DNA of 51,280 nucleotides from a virus (Duplodnaviria; Caudoviricetes): IMG/VR virus record IMGVR_UViG_3300037155_000067, positions 1 to 51,280 of that record; one strand, 5' to 3'. Shown piece by piece: positions 8,122 to 18,381 of this stretch (position 1 is its first letter; each line of letters starts with the position of its first letter). The notes under the pieces were generated by a model. It saw only the letters and a program-made list of their open reading frames with translations, ran no database searches and was not told where the DNA came from. The position numbers and the translations under genes were made by a program.

Positions 8122-9183
8122 ATGGCACTCGATCCATTTCCTACGAACGATCAGGGGCAGCTCGTCAACCCTGATTACATCCAAAAAGAGGGTGACAGGA
8201 TTCGTGCGAGCATTGCGGCTGGTACGTACGGAGCTGGAACGCAGCAGCAGGGCGCAACTGCTCCAATAATTGCTCCCGTGGCACCGGGCGTCACGACTGG
8301 TCCATTTGGTGATTCGTTTTTTCATCAGCCTTCGATGTGGGAGCAGAACCAGAATCCTGCGCAGTTACGGCAGGGTTTGAAGCTAAGCGAGCTGGTGACG
8401 AGCGCTGCGTCGCACAAGTTTGCTCTCGAAGAGGCGCAGAAGAACGCGCCAGTTAAAGATGCGTACGAATTGGCTAAACTTGCCCACGAAACTGCCGCGA
8501 CGAACGCAGTTGGCAGTACGGCTACGTTCCATCGCAATCAAGACGCGCAGGTAATGCAGCACGTCACTGGATTCGCGGATTACATGCAGGGCGCGCCACC
8601 GGTCGATTCTCCTGATTACGCTCCGTACGTGTTGCAGGGTGTGAAGCAATTTCCTCGCATTGCGGCAACAGGATGGGGTAAACAGACACTCGGCAAGATC
8701 GCGCAGGAACACGACACAATTGCCGGTTTGACAGCGCAGATCCCGCCGGGATTCGAGGTGTCGTCCGTTACGGCCGGAGGAGGGAAACAGACGAAAGTAT
8801 CAGCGCAACGCATCGGGGGAGCCGCTGATGCCAAAACTTTCAAATCTACGTACGGATTTCCCAAGACGGCATTGGATGACGCAACTGTATTGGTTGGAAA
8901 TTACGACCCAAATACCAGACAGTTCAAACAGGACAATAACGGAACGCACGTTTCCGTTACGACCTCTGGAGATAAAGGTAAAACTGCGATAATGACGACC
9001 TCTGCGTACGAGTCCAATGGCGGAAAATATTCCGGCGATACAAAAAAGGCTCGTGACGCCGCTGCGTCTGCCGCCCCAACGCTCAGCGAAACTCCAGTTA
9101 AGGTGAGTACGCCAGCCGAAGCTCAAAAATTACCCGTTGGGCAGCATTATTTAGATCCAGACGGCAAATTGCGCGTAAGATGA
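8122..9183 (+). CDS. Putative internal virion/ejection protein
   Basis: Ala/Gln-rich; C-terminal AEAQKLPVGQHYLDPDGKLRVR resembles ejection-protein tails. Confidence 0.6.
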   Translation: MALDPFPTNDQGQLVNPDYIQKEGDRIRASIAAGTYGAGTQQQGATAPIIAPVAPGVTTGPFGDSFFHQPSMWEQNQNPAQLRQGLKLSELVTSAASHKFALEEAQKNAPVKDAYELAKLAHETAATNAVGSTATFHRNQDAQVMQHVTGFADYMQGAPPVDSPDYAPYVLQGVKQFPRIAATGWGKQTLGKIAQEHDTIAGLTAQIPPGFEVSSVTAGGGKQTKVSAQRIGGAADAKTFKSTYGFPKTALDDATVLVGNYDPNTRQFKQDNNGTHVSVTTSGDKGKTAIMTTSAYESNGGKYSGDTKKARDAAASAAPTLSETPVKVSTPAEAQKLPVGQHYLDPDGKLRVR

Positions 9184-9184
9184 C

Positions 9185-11017
9185 ATGGCTGATGTATCAG
9201 AGTGGCCTGGAACAGCGGTGCAAGAATCTGATTGGCCCGGCGCCGCTATTCAGGAATCCGATTGGCCAGGTCAAGCCGTAGCGAAGAAACAGCCGGCTGC
9301 ATCTCCGGTTAAATCGGGCGAGTTGCCGAATCTTGCGTTGATGCGCGGCGGGAACGTCACAAGCAAGACCGATCCGACCGCGGCGATTCAACTCGGTAAA
9401 ATCCTAGATGTCGGCAAAGAGACGCTGAACACGGCGCTCCCTGGGTTTTACGAGCAGGCGACGACATCTCCGTTGCCAGCTACGCATTTGCAGCCGACAG
9501 CGACCGATTCGACCGCAACGGCAGCAGGAAAAGCCGCAATGAACACGCTGACTGGCACGATTGAGGCTTTAACGAGTCCCGCAATGTTAGCAACTGTCGC
9601 AGCCGGTGGTGCATTTCCTGAAGTCGGAAAGGTGCTAGGCGCAGGTTTTGGCGTTCAACAAGCCGCTGAAATACCCAGCCAGATCGAGCAGGCCGTCACC
9701 GCACCGACAACTCAGGGAAAGATCGAGGGCGGTCTTGGCGCTGCGCTGTCGTCACTTTTCGCCGTTGGCGGCGCCAAAGTAGCCGGTGGTCTTTCTGAAT
9801 CGTTGAAGCCAATTTTAGGAGAAACCGCAACACCAGAGGAGGTGATCGCCAGTGAAGGGAAAAATGAAGCCCAAAGCCAAGGGCAAGAAAAAGCCAAAGA
9901 TGGGGTACTAACCGAACCGGCACCGAGCGTTCAATCCGCTGCGGAGCCCGTAGCAGGCACGCGCATCTCTGGCCCGGCGCTTGTGGACACCGAGGGCAAC
10001 ATTATCGCACAGGGTAAACTTGGCGAGACGCACGCCGATTTGTTGAAACAAGCGATGGCCGGCGACGATCCAGAAAAGGCTCTGGAAGCGTTTACGAACG
10101 ATGCGCAACACGTTTTTGTCGATGATCAGGGGAATAAACTCGACCGCACACAGGCTGCCGAACTGGGGGTGAAAAGTGGGCAAGTTCCCGAGGGCACTAC
10201 GAAGGTCGAAAGCCAGATGCTCAAACCAGATGAAACTATCGCCAGCTCAGAGGGAACAGGAGGAGAAGCACCAGCGAGTACAACAGGCGCTACTGTGGGT
10301 GCGCAAGATGAACCGGCTGCACAGCCTACAGAGCCGGGCACTGAGCCGAAACCCGAAGGTGAAACAACTGGTGAGGAATCGACAACGGGCATTGCTCAGC
10401 GGGTCCACGAACAGCGCGCACCAGGCGAAATAGTTCCAGGTGAAGGCAGTTCTCCGTCCGATCTTGTGCAGCGCGGCCGAGAGTTACTGCAAGGCGGCGC
10501 AGATCCCGAGAAGATTATTGCTGGTGTCAACGAAGGCAAAGCTGTCACTGGCGATGAGATGGCCGTCCTACGCGCGAAGGTCGAGGAATTCAGTAAAGTC
10601 ACCGATCAGACCGGGGAAGCGTTGCGCAAGAATCCGAACGACCCAGTTTTGAAACAGGCTGCCGCCGATGCGATCAAGGCCGAGACTGATTTCCGTAAAC
10701 GAATCAAGCCAGCGGCAACGGAAGCGAGCGAGGTGTTTCGGGCACTCCAGGGAGAAACCGAAGTGGAAACTGGAACTTTCGTTGGATTGCGCAGAGCATT
10801 TGTAGAACGCACTGGTCGCGACGTAACCCCCGGCGAATCTGTGACGCTTGAAAAGACTGCCGAAAAAGTTCAGAAAACCAATGCCGAAGTTGAAAAAACG
10901 AAGGCTGATTTTAGTGAGGTCGTGAAGCGCGAAACCAAGGGTCGCAAAGTGAAAACGGCGGAAGAACTACGCGCCGCGTTCGCGGAGAAGTTCAAAAAAA
11001 TGCTACCTTGCGACTAA
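9185..11017 (+). CDS. Large ejection/internal virion protein, N-terminal half
   Basis: N-terminal (E/D)WPG repeat x3, Gly/Ala hydrophobic helices, acidic linkers; its only Cys is penultimate. Confidence 0.65.
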   Translation: MADVSEWPGTAVQESDWPGAAIQESDWPGQAVAKKQPAASPVKSGELPNLALMRGGNVTSKTDPTAAIQLGKILDVGKETLNTALPGFYEQATTSPLPATHLQPTATDSTATAAGKAAMNTLTGTIEALTSPAMLATVAAGGAFPEVGKVLGAGFGVQQAAEIPSQIEQAVTAPTTQGKIEGGLGAALSSLFAVGGAKVAGGLSESLKPILGETATPEEVIASEGKNEAQSQGQEKAKDGVLTEPAPSVQSAAEPVAGTRISGPALVDTEGNIIAQGKLGETHADLLKQAMAGDDPEKALEAFTNDAQHVFVDDQGNKLDRTQAAELGVKSGQVPEGTTKVESQMLKPDETIASSEGTGGEAPASTTGATVGAQDEPAAQPTEPGTEPKPEGETTGEESTTGIAQRVHEQRAPGEIVPGEGSSPSDLVQRGRELLQGGADPEKIIAGVNEGKAVTGDEMAVLRAKVEEFSKVTDQTGEALRKNPNDPVLKQAAADAIKAETDFRKRIKPAATEASEVFRALQGETEVETGTFVGLRRAFVERTGRDVTPGESVTLEKTAEKVQKTNAEVEKTKADFSEVVKRETKGRKVKTAEELRAAFAEKFKKMLPCD

Positions 11018-11023
11018 ATCATC

Positions 11024-12580
11024 ATGGCCTCTCCCTGCTATCCCAGTCAGTTGCAAGATCCAAAATTCTCGAACGAGGAATCGCGGGATATCTGGAATTA
11101 CGCGCGCGTCACGTACATCGACAAAGGCGTTGAGATTTCCGACACGATTAAAAACGTAGCGACCGATCTTGGATTGAAACCGGAGTGGGTCGCAAAAGCG
11201 TTCACCGAACCGAAAGCAATTCGCAGCATCACGAACGAGATGTACAAAAAGATGTCCGATCGGCGCAGGGTCGTGCAAGACGCCAAGGACATCGTGAACG
11301 GTCTGGACAAATCTCCGATTCGTAAAGTTTTCGACACCATCTGGAGAACTCCGTTTGCCATTGCGGTTGCTGGTCATGGCACTGTTGGAATGCAGACTCA
11401 CGCCGGAGCCGCCCTGTTTCGTCCGTCAACTTGGAACACGTATTTTACGAACTTCGGTCGGCAATACAAATATTCGTATAACAAAGCCGCGCACGAAGCC
11501 GCCATGCAGGAATTGGTGCGCGATCCGAATTTCATCACGGCCAAGCGCGCCGGGCTAGCTAATGATCCGTCGGCCACATACACGGATTACGGAGTTTACG
11601 CAAAATGGATTCCAAAGGTGCTTGGCAAGGCTATCGGTCAGCGCGGATTCGACGTTCTAAAAAAGTATCGTCAGGACGCTTTCAATAACGAATGGAGCAA
11701 GGTTTCTGAGTCGATCAAATCCGATCCGCAAGCCACGAAAGATTTGGCGAAGAACCTGGCGGAGATGATCAATCATTCAAGCGGTGTGGCCGATATCGGT
11801 CACGGGCCAGTCCCGACTGGAATAAGCACGCTGACGTTTGCAGCGCGTCTGGAGGCGTCGCGTTGGGCGCGCATCATTGGCGATCCGATCAAAACCGTTG
11901 GAACTTTTACGGATTGGAAGAACTCGAGCGCGGCTGATCGGCATGTCGCTGTTATCAGGCTCCGCCACGCTGCGGAGTTTACCGGATTCTACGTTGCCAC
12001 ATTGATTGCTAATCAGGCCATGTTGTCGGCATCGGGCAGCAAAGATCAGATCAATTTTACCGACCCGTCAAAGAGCGATTGGTTGAGGCATAAGATCGCA
12101 GGACGCACCATCGGACTGGAGGGAAATCTCATGGCCCCAATTCGTCTGTTGGGTCAACTCATTTACAACGCATTCGGGCCGCGGCAACCATATCAGCGAA
12201 TGGAGAGCCGGTTTGAATCCGAGACGAAAACCGTTGGCGGTTATGTGCGTGGCAAACTTTCTCCGGCAGCCGGAATAGCCGTTGATGTCGCTACGCAAAG
12301 CGATTTTATGGGCAACCCGTTGCCGTTCTCGAAAGACAAACCAAAAGCCGGAAAGCATCAGTTGGCCATTGGTGAATATCTCGGTCAACGCGGTCCAATT
12401 CCACTTTCAGGCGCAATTCGAGAAGTCTACGATAATTTCAAAGAGCAGGGCATGGACGCTGCAACGGCAACCAACTTGATTCGAGGCTTGGCCGTGCTTG
12501 GCGCTGAAACGACCGGTGCTAAAGTTGGCATGGAACCGAAACCAAAGTCGAAACGCAACACGTTTTCAATCGTAAAATGA
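11024..12580 (+). CDS. Large ejection protein, C-terminal half (LPD38-like tail)
   Basis: Same frame as 9185, 6 nt after its stop; RGKLSPAAGIAVDVATQSDFMGNP motif; its only Cys is residue 5. Confidence 0.65.
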   Translation: MASPCYPSQLQDPKFSNEESRDIWNYARVTYIDKGVEISDTIKNVATDLGLKPEWVAKAFTEPKAIRSITNEMYKKMSDRRRVVQDAKDIVNGLDKSPIRKVFDTIWRTPFAIAVAGHGTVGMQTHAGAALFRPSTWNTYFTNFGRQYKYSYNKAAHEAAMQELVRDPNFITAKRAGLANDPSATYTDYGVYAKWIPKVLGKAIGQRGFDVLKKYRQDAFNNEWSKVSESIKSDPQATKDLAKNLAEMINHSSGVADIGHGPVPTGISTLTFAARLEASRWARIIGDPIKTVGTFTDWKNSSAADRHVAVIRLRHAAEFTGFYVATLIANQAMLSASGSKDQINFTDPSKSDWLRHKIAGRTIGLEGNLMAPIRLLGQLIYNAFGPRQPYQRMESRFESETKTVGGYVRGKLSPAAGIAVDVATQSDFMGNPLPFSKDKPKAGKHQLAIGEYLGQRGPIPLSGAIREVYDNFKEQGMDAATATNLIRGLAVLGAETTGAKVGMEPKPKSKRNTFSIVK

Positions 12581-13845
12581 GCGAGATTTCTTCAAAGTCG
12601 ATCTTGGTGGTAGACAATGGCCTTTTTTGCAGCCTGGCCGTCCGTCTCGCGCAAGATTTCGGAAAAGTATATTACTGTTGCCCGTCATGGGTCGATGCGT
12701 TCCCGAAGATGAACAAAGCGATGATCGGACACGGGTACGATGAGATCGAAGTTGTAGATGACGTGTTCGGACCGCACTTCGACGAGATCGACCTCTTCGT
12801 TTTTCCTGATGTTTACTTTGGTGAGCTCCAGGTGTGGCTTGAATCTCAGGACAAACTCGTGTGGGGCGCGCGCATGGGAGAGGAACTGGAATTATCTAGG
12901 GATGGGATGAAGAAACTAATGACGAAACTCGGGCTACCCGTTGGCCAGTGGGAAAAGGTGCGCGGCATGGATAAGCTGCGCGAGTTTCTGAAAGCGAACA
13001 AGAATCAGCACGTCAAAGTCAATAAATGGCGCGGCATTCTCGAAACGTTTCTCTCCAAAGATTACCGGAGCGTCGAACCGAAGCTGGACGAAGTGGAGTA
13101 CAACCTCGGCGCGTTCAAGAGCATTATTGATTTCGTCATCGAGGAAGATTTGCCGGATAAGGTCGAGATTGGCGTGGACGCTTTCACCGTTGACGGCGCG
13201 TTTCCGACAAAGTTGCTCGCCGGCATCGAGGTCAAGGACGCCGGGTACGTCGGGATGTTTCAAAACTATGCGGATTTACCACGAGAATTGACCGAGTTCG
13301 ATGAGAAAATGGCCCCCACGTTGAAGGCGTACGGGTATCGCGGTTTTTATTCCACGGAAGTTCGAACCGGTAAAGACCACAAGGGTTACATGATAGATTT
13401 CTGCGCCAGGGCTGGCTCACCTCCGTCTGAGGTCTATTGCGAATTCTACAAGAACCTTTCAGATATTATTTGGGACGGCGCAAACGGGAAAGTAACGGAC
13501 CCAATACCCGAAGCGAAGTACGCGGCAGAACTGCTCATTCATTCGTCTTGGGCGGATAAAAATTTCCAACCTGTCGATTTTCCAAAGGACATCAACCGGT
13601 TCATAAAACTTCGCAACGCCATGAAGATCAATGGTCGCAATTACGTCATTCCTCAGGTCGTAGGGCTTCCAGAGATCGGAGCTTGCATAGGTTTTGGCAA
13701 CACGCTGAAGGACGCCATGAAAATGGCCGAGGATGTCGCGGATCAAATCGAGGGCTATTATATCCGTGTGCCTAAAGAATCATTCGAGGAAGCGCAGGGC
13801 GAGATTGCCAAGCTGGAGAAAATCGGCATCACGACGATGTTTTGA
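12577..13845 (+). CDS. ATP-grasp ligase, PurD-like fold but divergent
   Basis: LELSRDGMKKLM, FVIEE...VEIG, YGYRGFYSTEVR, IDFCARAGSPP; lacks the PurD GSGGREHA loop. Confidence 0.75.
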   Translation: MSEISSKSILVVDNGLFCSLAVRLAQDFGKVYYCCPSWVDAFPKMNKAMIGHGYDEIEVVDDVFGPHFDEIDLFVFPDVYFGELQVWLESQDKLVWGARMGEELELSRDGMKKLMTKLGLPVGQWEKVRGMDKLREFLKANKNQHVKVNKWRGILETFLSKDYRSVEPKLDEVEYNLGAFKSIIDFVIEEDLPDKVEIGVDAFTVDGAFPTKLLAGIEVKDAGYVGMFQNYADLPRELTEFDEKMAPTLKAYGYRGFYSTEVRTGKDHKGYMIDFCARAGSPPSEVYCEFYKNLSDIIWDGANGKVTDPIPEAKYAAELLIHSSWADKNFQPVDFPKDINRFIKLRNAMKINGRNYVIPQVVGLPEIGACIGFGNTLKDAMKMAEDVADQIEGYYIRVPKESFEEAQGEIAKLEKIGITTMF

Positions 13846-13847
13846 TA

Positions 13848-13955
13848 ATGAACAGGTTTTACGATAAAATGGCGTTACTGCTCGCCGTTATGCTTCTGCT
13901 CGGTGCGTTCGTGATCGTGATTTGCAAAATTCCACTGCCAGTTTTTCACAGATGA
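13848..13955 (+). CDS. 35-aa single-TM peptide
   Basis: MNRFYDKMALLLAVMLLLGAFVIVICKIPLPVFHR; ATGA overlap with the next gene. Confidence 0.5.
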   Translation: MNRFYDKMALLLAVMLLLGAFVIVICKIPLPVFHR

Positions 13956-14338
13956 AAATTGTTCTAAGGACACTCAAGGACAGCGAGGAGATGCCGTACC
14001 CGACTTGTGGAAATTGGGAGCATTGGACCAACGGCGACATTGAATGCACGGTCGTTCCACTCGACGACCCTGACGCTGAATTTCTAGTCCTACTCCACGA
14101 GCTTTGCGAATCGTACCTTTGTCGAAAGCACGGAGTAAAAGCTGAGGATGTCTGTGAGCACGATATTAAATTTGAATCCGAACGAGAGATGGGCAAACAC
14201 TCCGAGATGGCCGAGCCTGGCGATGATGAGCGAGCACCGTACCGCAGGGAACACCAGTTTGCTACCATGATGGAAATGATCATGCTGCACGAACTTGGCG
14301 GATCGTGGCCGGATCACTGCCAAAGTATTTTGAAATAG
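13952..14338 (+). CDS. Putative zincin-like metalloprotein/peptidase (HExxE)
   Basis: LLHELCE plus downstream EPGDD..APYRREHQFA...E as candidate metal ligands. Confidence 0.55.
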   Translation: MKIVLRTLKDSEEMPYPTCGNWEHWTNGDIECTVVPLDDPDAEFLVLLHELCESYLCRKHGVKAEDVCEHDIKFESEREMGKHSEMAEPGDDERAPYRREHQFATMMEMIMLHELGGSWPDHCQSILK

Positions 14339-14341
14339 CGT

Positions 14342-16561
14342 ATGGCTGAACAACCTATCCAGCCGCCATTAGGAGCGATGGTCCGCGAGCTTCTGGCTCC
14401 CGACCACACGCAGACATTTTTTCGTGAGTTAGTGGCTCGCAATAGCGACCGGTTCCAAAACAACACTCCGATCAAGCGCGGAGTTCTGTACTCCAGTTTG
14501 CAGGGCGCTGATGTGCGGATTTCCAAGGCGTTCCCGGCGCTCTATTTCTGCAAGGAAACCGTGCCATCTGGTTCCAATACGGTGGCCGGAATGAACCAAG
14601 ATTTGTATGTGATCTGGAATTGGTCGTCCGGAGAGGATTCGGAATCGACGTACAACGCGGAGATTTCGCAGCTCGCGGATGCCACGACCAACGCAGTCTT
14701 TGCTCGGTCGTATAACGTCCGGCGAGATGATTACGAGGCTTCTCCTTACATCCTGACAGGAACGCCTCTGACTGCGCTGATTGGTGTCGAGATAACGCAA
14801 AGCGGGAACGGCTACACGCACGCTGAAGCGGAGTTCGACTGTAATGGTGACGGCGCCGCAATTGATTTCGTCATCGCGAACGGCCAGATAATTTCTGCCA
14901 TCGTAATCAAAGAAGGGGAAAACTTCGATCTTGGCTCGGTCATTAACATCATTGGCGATGGGTCCGGCGCGAAGTGCGTTCCCATCATTCAGCCGGTCGA
15001 GGCCGTCTTGACGAGTCAAAAGAAGATGGAGCTGCCGGACAGCGATCCGATGAGCCACGAGTTCGTACGGGTTCTTCGCGTCTACGAGGTGCTTCCAGGT
15101 CCGTGGGTGCCTGCGACTCGCTATGATGATCGGCTCGGGCCAATTCAGATGCGCCGGCGCGCGGTGCTAAACACTGGTCAGATCGGCGGAATTGTGCTGC
15201 CGACTGGGACTGTTAATTTTGAAGGCCGCGACGGCAGCTCAGTCGTCTCGATCGAGATACAGGAGAATTTCAGCAACGGCACGGGGTTGCCAGGTGATCC
15301 GATCAATCCTCCGTACCCGGTTATGCGTTGGGCCGTTTACCAAGATGAGCGCGGCGACGTGCATCGGACATCGCAGATTGTTGTCGAGAGTTCGTTCCAC
15401 GATGAGAATGCGACGTTCGTTCGGCAATTCGGGAACGTGATCAAAACTTGGTACGAAGCGTACCCGAATAATCCGTTTCTCTGGACGAAATTTATCGAAA
15501 CGTGGGTCGAAGTCACGATCAACGATCAGATCAAGACGAGTGAGTTTGGCGGTGGAGTGGCCGACGTAACGGAGCGGACCGACGAGCCGGGAGTGCAAGT
15601 TCCCGAGACTGGCCTCATGGTGATTTCTTCCGAGACGCGAACGAAAAGTCCAAACGAACAGACACTTAAAACTGTCAAAAATCCCGCGGAGGCGTGGCCG
15701 ATCAATCACGGCATCCACACGGACGAAACGACTGGCATCGTGATCAATTTTACGAAACAAGTTATTCAGACCGGTACGCCATATCCCGGCATAAATGCGC
15801 AGAACGACAATTGCGCGTTGATGCAAATAACTGGGCCGTTCATCGAGGATCAGCCGTACGACGAGGATAAGACGATCAGGATAATTTCTTTTGTCGATCT
15901 GAGCACGATCCCGAAGAAACAATGCCGAACGATATCGCACCCGGTTAATTTCCCGCCGCAACTATTGTCGATTGAGGCTATCTGGACCGATACGGTGTCG
16001 AAACTGGCTAACGCGCAGGCAACGAGCGCCAACGTGTCGGCAAGCTCGGGGTCGGCCGGCGGCATCATTCCAACGAGTAAGACTGGCTTCCACGGGTACG
16101 CAAGCGCGCGACTGGAGCGATCGTACTTTTACGGACAACCGAACGCCGGTCTTGTCCCGACGCCACTGAAAATCTTTCCGTCGTCTGGAGCGGTCGTTCT
16201 GACGCAGACGCACTCGAGCACGAGCTTCCAGAACGGGGACGATGGCGGGACGGAATTCTCAGATAGCTTTCAAATCAGGGTCGATGCTTTAGACATCCGT
16301 GATCATCTCGTGAATTTGGCTACGCTAATAATTCTCAACGCGACGCATCACTCACCGGCGCAGAACGCAATCGCCGTGTCGGGCGGTGGCACGACGGCAG
16401 CTATTGCCGACGCGGGTACGCTTTCCACAATGGATGTTCGAATTCCTCAGAGCACTCCACCTTCGCTCATCTCGGGTCAGGAAATAGTTTACGAGGTGGA
16501 TGTGCGCGAGCATCCGTTTAACATTTTCGAGATGAATGTGATTTTCGTGACCATCCCGTGA
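14342..16561 (+). CDS. Tail structural protein
   Basis: Large, beta-rich; contains an ITQSGNGYTHA..F...GDGAA-type virion insertion motif. Confidence 0.55.
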   Translation: MAEQPIQPPLGAMVRELLAPDHTQTFFRELVARNSDRFQNNTPIKRGVLYSSLQGADVRISKAFPALYFCKETVPSGSNTVAGMNQDLYVIWNWSSGEDSESTYNAEISQLADATTNAVFARSYNVRRDDYEASPYILTGTPLTALIGVEITQSGNGYTHAEAEFDCNGDGAAIDFVIANGQIISAIVIKEGENFDLGSVINIIGDGSGAKCVPIIQPVEAVLTSQKKMELPDSDPMSHEFVRVLRVYEVLPGPWVPATRYDDRLGPIQMRRRAVLNTGQIGGIVLPTGTVNFEGRDGSSVVSIEIQENFSNGTGLPGDPINPPYPVMRWAVYQDERGDVHRTSQIVVESSFHDENATFVRQFGNVIKTWYEAYPNNPFLWTKFIETWVEVTINDQIKTSEFGGGVADVTERTDEPGVQVPETGLMVISSETRTKSPNEQTLKTVKNPAEAWPINHGIHTDETTGIVINFTKQVIQTGTPYPGINAQNDNCALMQITGPFIEDQPYDEDKTIRIISFVDLSTIPKKQCRTISHPVNFPPQLLSIEAIWTDTVSKLANAQATSANVSASSGSAGGIIPTSKTGFHGYASARLERSYFYGQPNAGLVPTPLKIFPSSGAVVLTQTHSSTSFQNGDDGGTEFSDSFQIRVDALDIRDHLVNLATLIILNATHHSPAQNAIAVSGGGTTAAIADAGTLSTMDVRIPQSTPPSLISGQEIVYEVDVREHPFNIFEMNVIFVTIP

Positions 16562-16562
16562 T

Positions 16563-17342
16563 ATGGCCGATGACGAGCAGCTTGATTCTTCGGGGCGGCA
16601 ATTTTCCAAAGACTTCTTCGGAACTCCGCAAGAGGACATCACGAAAGAAAGTCGAGATTTTCTCGAACAGAAAAGATTGCAGGACGCTCTACGCGATGCC
16701 AAGCCAGCAATTCTAAAGGATCGCCGAGGAGTTTTCGAGTCCGCACCGTTACCACCGTCAAGGACGCAGAATCAGCCGCTACGAAGTGATTTCGGTAACG
16801 GCTCGGTAAATCGTCAGCCGCCGAAATCCGATTTTCCTGAACTGACTACGGCATCCGTTACGCAAGTTAAGGGCGTGTCGATACCGAAGATCACCTTCAT
16901 TTGCAGCGACGTTTCGGTTGCGGAAGGTGATCCGCCGGTTGTTTCGAATAAAGTCCACGTCGCCGATGGTGAAATTAACGGTGAATTGCCTGCCGGGATG
17001 GGGGCGGGTAATTTCGTACTCGATCTCACGGACCCGACGGACCAGTTCATTTACGCATACGTGACGTTCGATCCCGAAACGCTCGCCATCACGTCGCGCA
17101 CCGTGGCGGCCACCGACGTAGGATCAATGCCCGAATCGCGCGTTGACGAAGGCGGTGGATTCCTCGTTTACATATTGGCTGAAGCGTTCATGGACGATAA
17201 TGTGCCGCCAAAGTTTCAGGTCGTGAACCGGCGCGTTGGGGATATCAATTTCGAGCTGGTTTACGGATCGCTCAACGGTCAGCCGGCGCTCCTACCGGTC
17301 ACTTCCGAACCTGGCTTCCTCGATCTAACCAGTCTACTTTAA
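16563..17342 (+). CDS. Tail-associated structural protein
   Basis: Position; beta-rich C-terminal domain. Confidence 0.5.
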   Translation: MADDEQLDSSGRQFSKDFFGTPQEDITKESRDFLEQKRLQDALRDAKPAILKDRRGVFESAPLPPSRTQNQPLRSDFGNGSVNRQPPKSDFPELTTASVTQVKGVSIPKITFICSDVSVAEGDPPVVSNKVHVADGEINGELPAGMGAGNFVLDLTDPTDQFIYAYVTFDPETLAITSRTVAATDVGSMPESRVDEGGGFLVYILAEAFMDDNVPPKFQVVNRRVGDINFELVYGSLNGQPALLPVTSEPGFLDLTSLL

Positions 17343-18373
17343 TGGCAGTAACTCACTGCAAGGTTCCATATCTGGTTGGAACGAAGGTGCTGCGCGATCA
17401 CCAGTACATGCCGACGCTGACCAAGGACGAATACATAATTCTTTTCGGTGGAACGCCGGGCAACCCAGCAGACGAAGCGTCATATAATTTCAACCATCCG
17501 ATTGGGGTAAGCCTCGAAATGATGCAGCGCTTAGCTTGGCGTGTTCGGGAATGGACGATAGCGGCAGGATCATGGTCGAGTCGGTTCATCATTATCGATG
17601 GACCGATTCAAGAACCAGGAAATTTCGCTTTTGTTGACGCAACGGGCACTACGGCAGAATTCAGTTTTGGTCAGAGAATGACGGCAGCTAACGACGATCC
17701 TGACGTATTCGGGAAAAGCGAACGTTCAATCATTGGGCCGTGGGAACTTCAGTCATTGCGAGGTGATTTTTTCCCACGTTTACCTGCACCGAGTCAATTT
17801 ATTTGGAAAACTCTCAGAAATCGCGGGGTAGACGCAAAAGTTGATTCTACTTATCCGGCAGATTTAGGTCACCCGAGAATGAATCATCTCACCTCTTATT
17901 TCATTGAACCCGATCCTCCGCATCCTCCTTTTGATCCCGTTACGGAAACTAACGGAGGCGGATTCGCGCATACATTAGGAATGGAGATCAGGTTTAGAAT
18001 GCTCAGCGATTACGTCGTGTTCGATCCAGTCACCAAATTATTCTACCCTAATATGATTTTCGGTGTGTTTGTTGAGACGGTTCCCGATGGTTCAATAATC
18101 CCCGATGGAATAATATTCAACGCAGAATTTCAGTCCGAATTTGAGGCCGACGGATCGCCTGGAGGAAGTCACGGAAGCGGAACGTTCACGATAGACGCCG
18201 GAGAAGGAAATACGGTCGATGTGCCGATAGCTGTGGCGAATGGCGGACGTTTTACCGCGGGCGCATACGGCGTGACCATGACGGCCACAAAGTTTTGGGA
18301 ATTTAGAAATTCACTCGGGCAACCCGTTTATGATGAACTGACGGGAGTGCAGATCGCTGATCCGTTCGCTTGA
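17342..18373 (+). CDS. Tail-associated structural protein
   Basis: Position; C-terminal FWEFRNSLGQPVYDELTG. Confidence 0.5.
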   Translation: MAVTHCKVPYLVGTKVLRDHQYMPTLTKDEYIILFGGTPGNPADEASYNFNHPIGVSLEMMQRLAWRVREWTIAAGSWSSRFIIIDGPIQEPGNFAFVDATGTTAEFSFGQRMTAANDDPDVFGKSERSIIGPWELQSLRGDFFPRLPAPSQFIWKTLRNRGVDAKVDSTYPADLGHPRMNHLTSYFIEPDPPHPPFDPVTETNGGGFAHTLGMEIRFRMLSDYVVFDPVTKLFYPNMIFGVFVETVPDGSIIPDGIIFNAEFQSEFEADGSPGGSHGSGTFTIDAGEGNTVDVPIAVANGGRFTAGAYGVTMTATKFWEFRNSLGQPVYDELTGVQIADPFA

Positions 18374-18381
18374 CATGTCAA
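18370..18381. promoter_or_regulatory. Perfect palindrome TTGACATGTCAA (-35 box or operator)
   Basis: Two inverted TTGACA hexamers just upstream of a collagen gene. Confidence 0.45.

Noticed and set aside
11015-11023. Stop-codon reassignment explaining the in-frame split
   Set aside because: TAA, TAG and TGA all end genes normally elsewhere and coding density is high under the standard code
12577-13845. Calling this gene purD (purine auxiliary metabolic gene)
   Set aside because: The GSGGREHA substrate loop is missing and the context is structural
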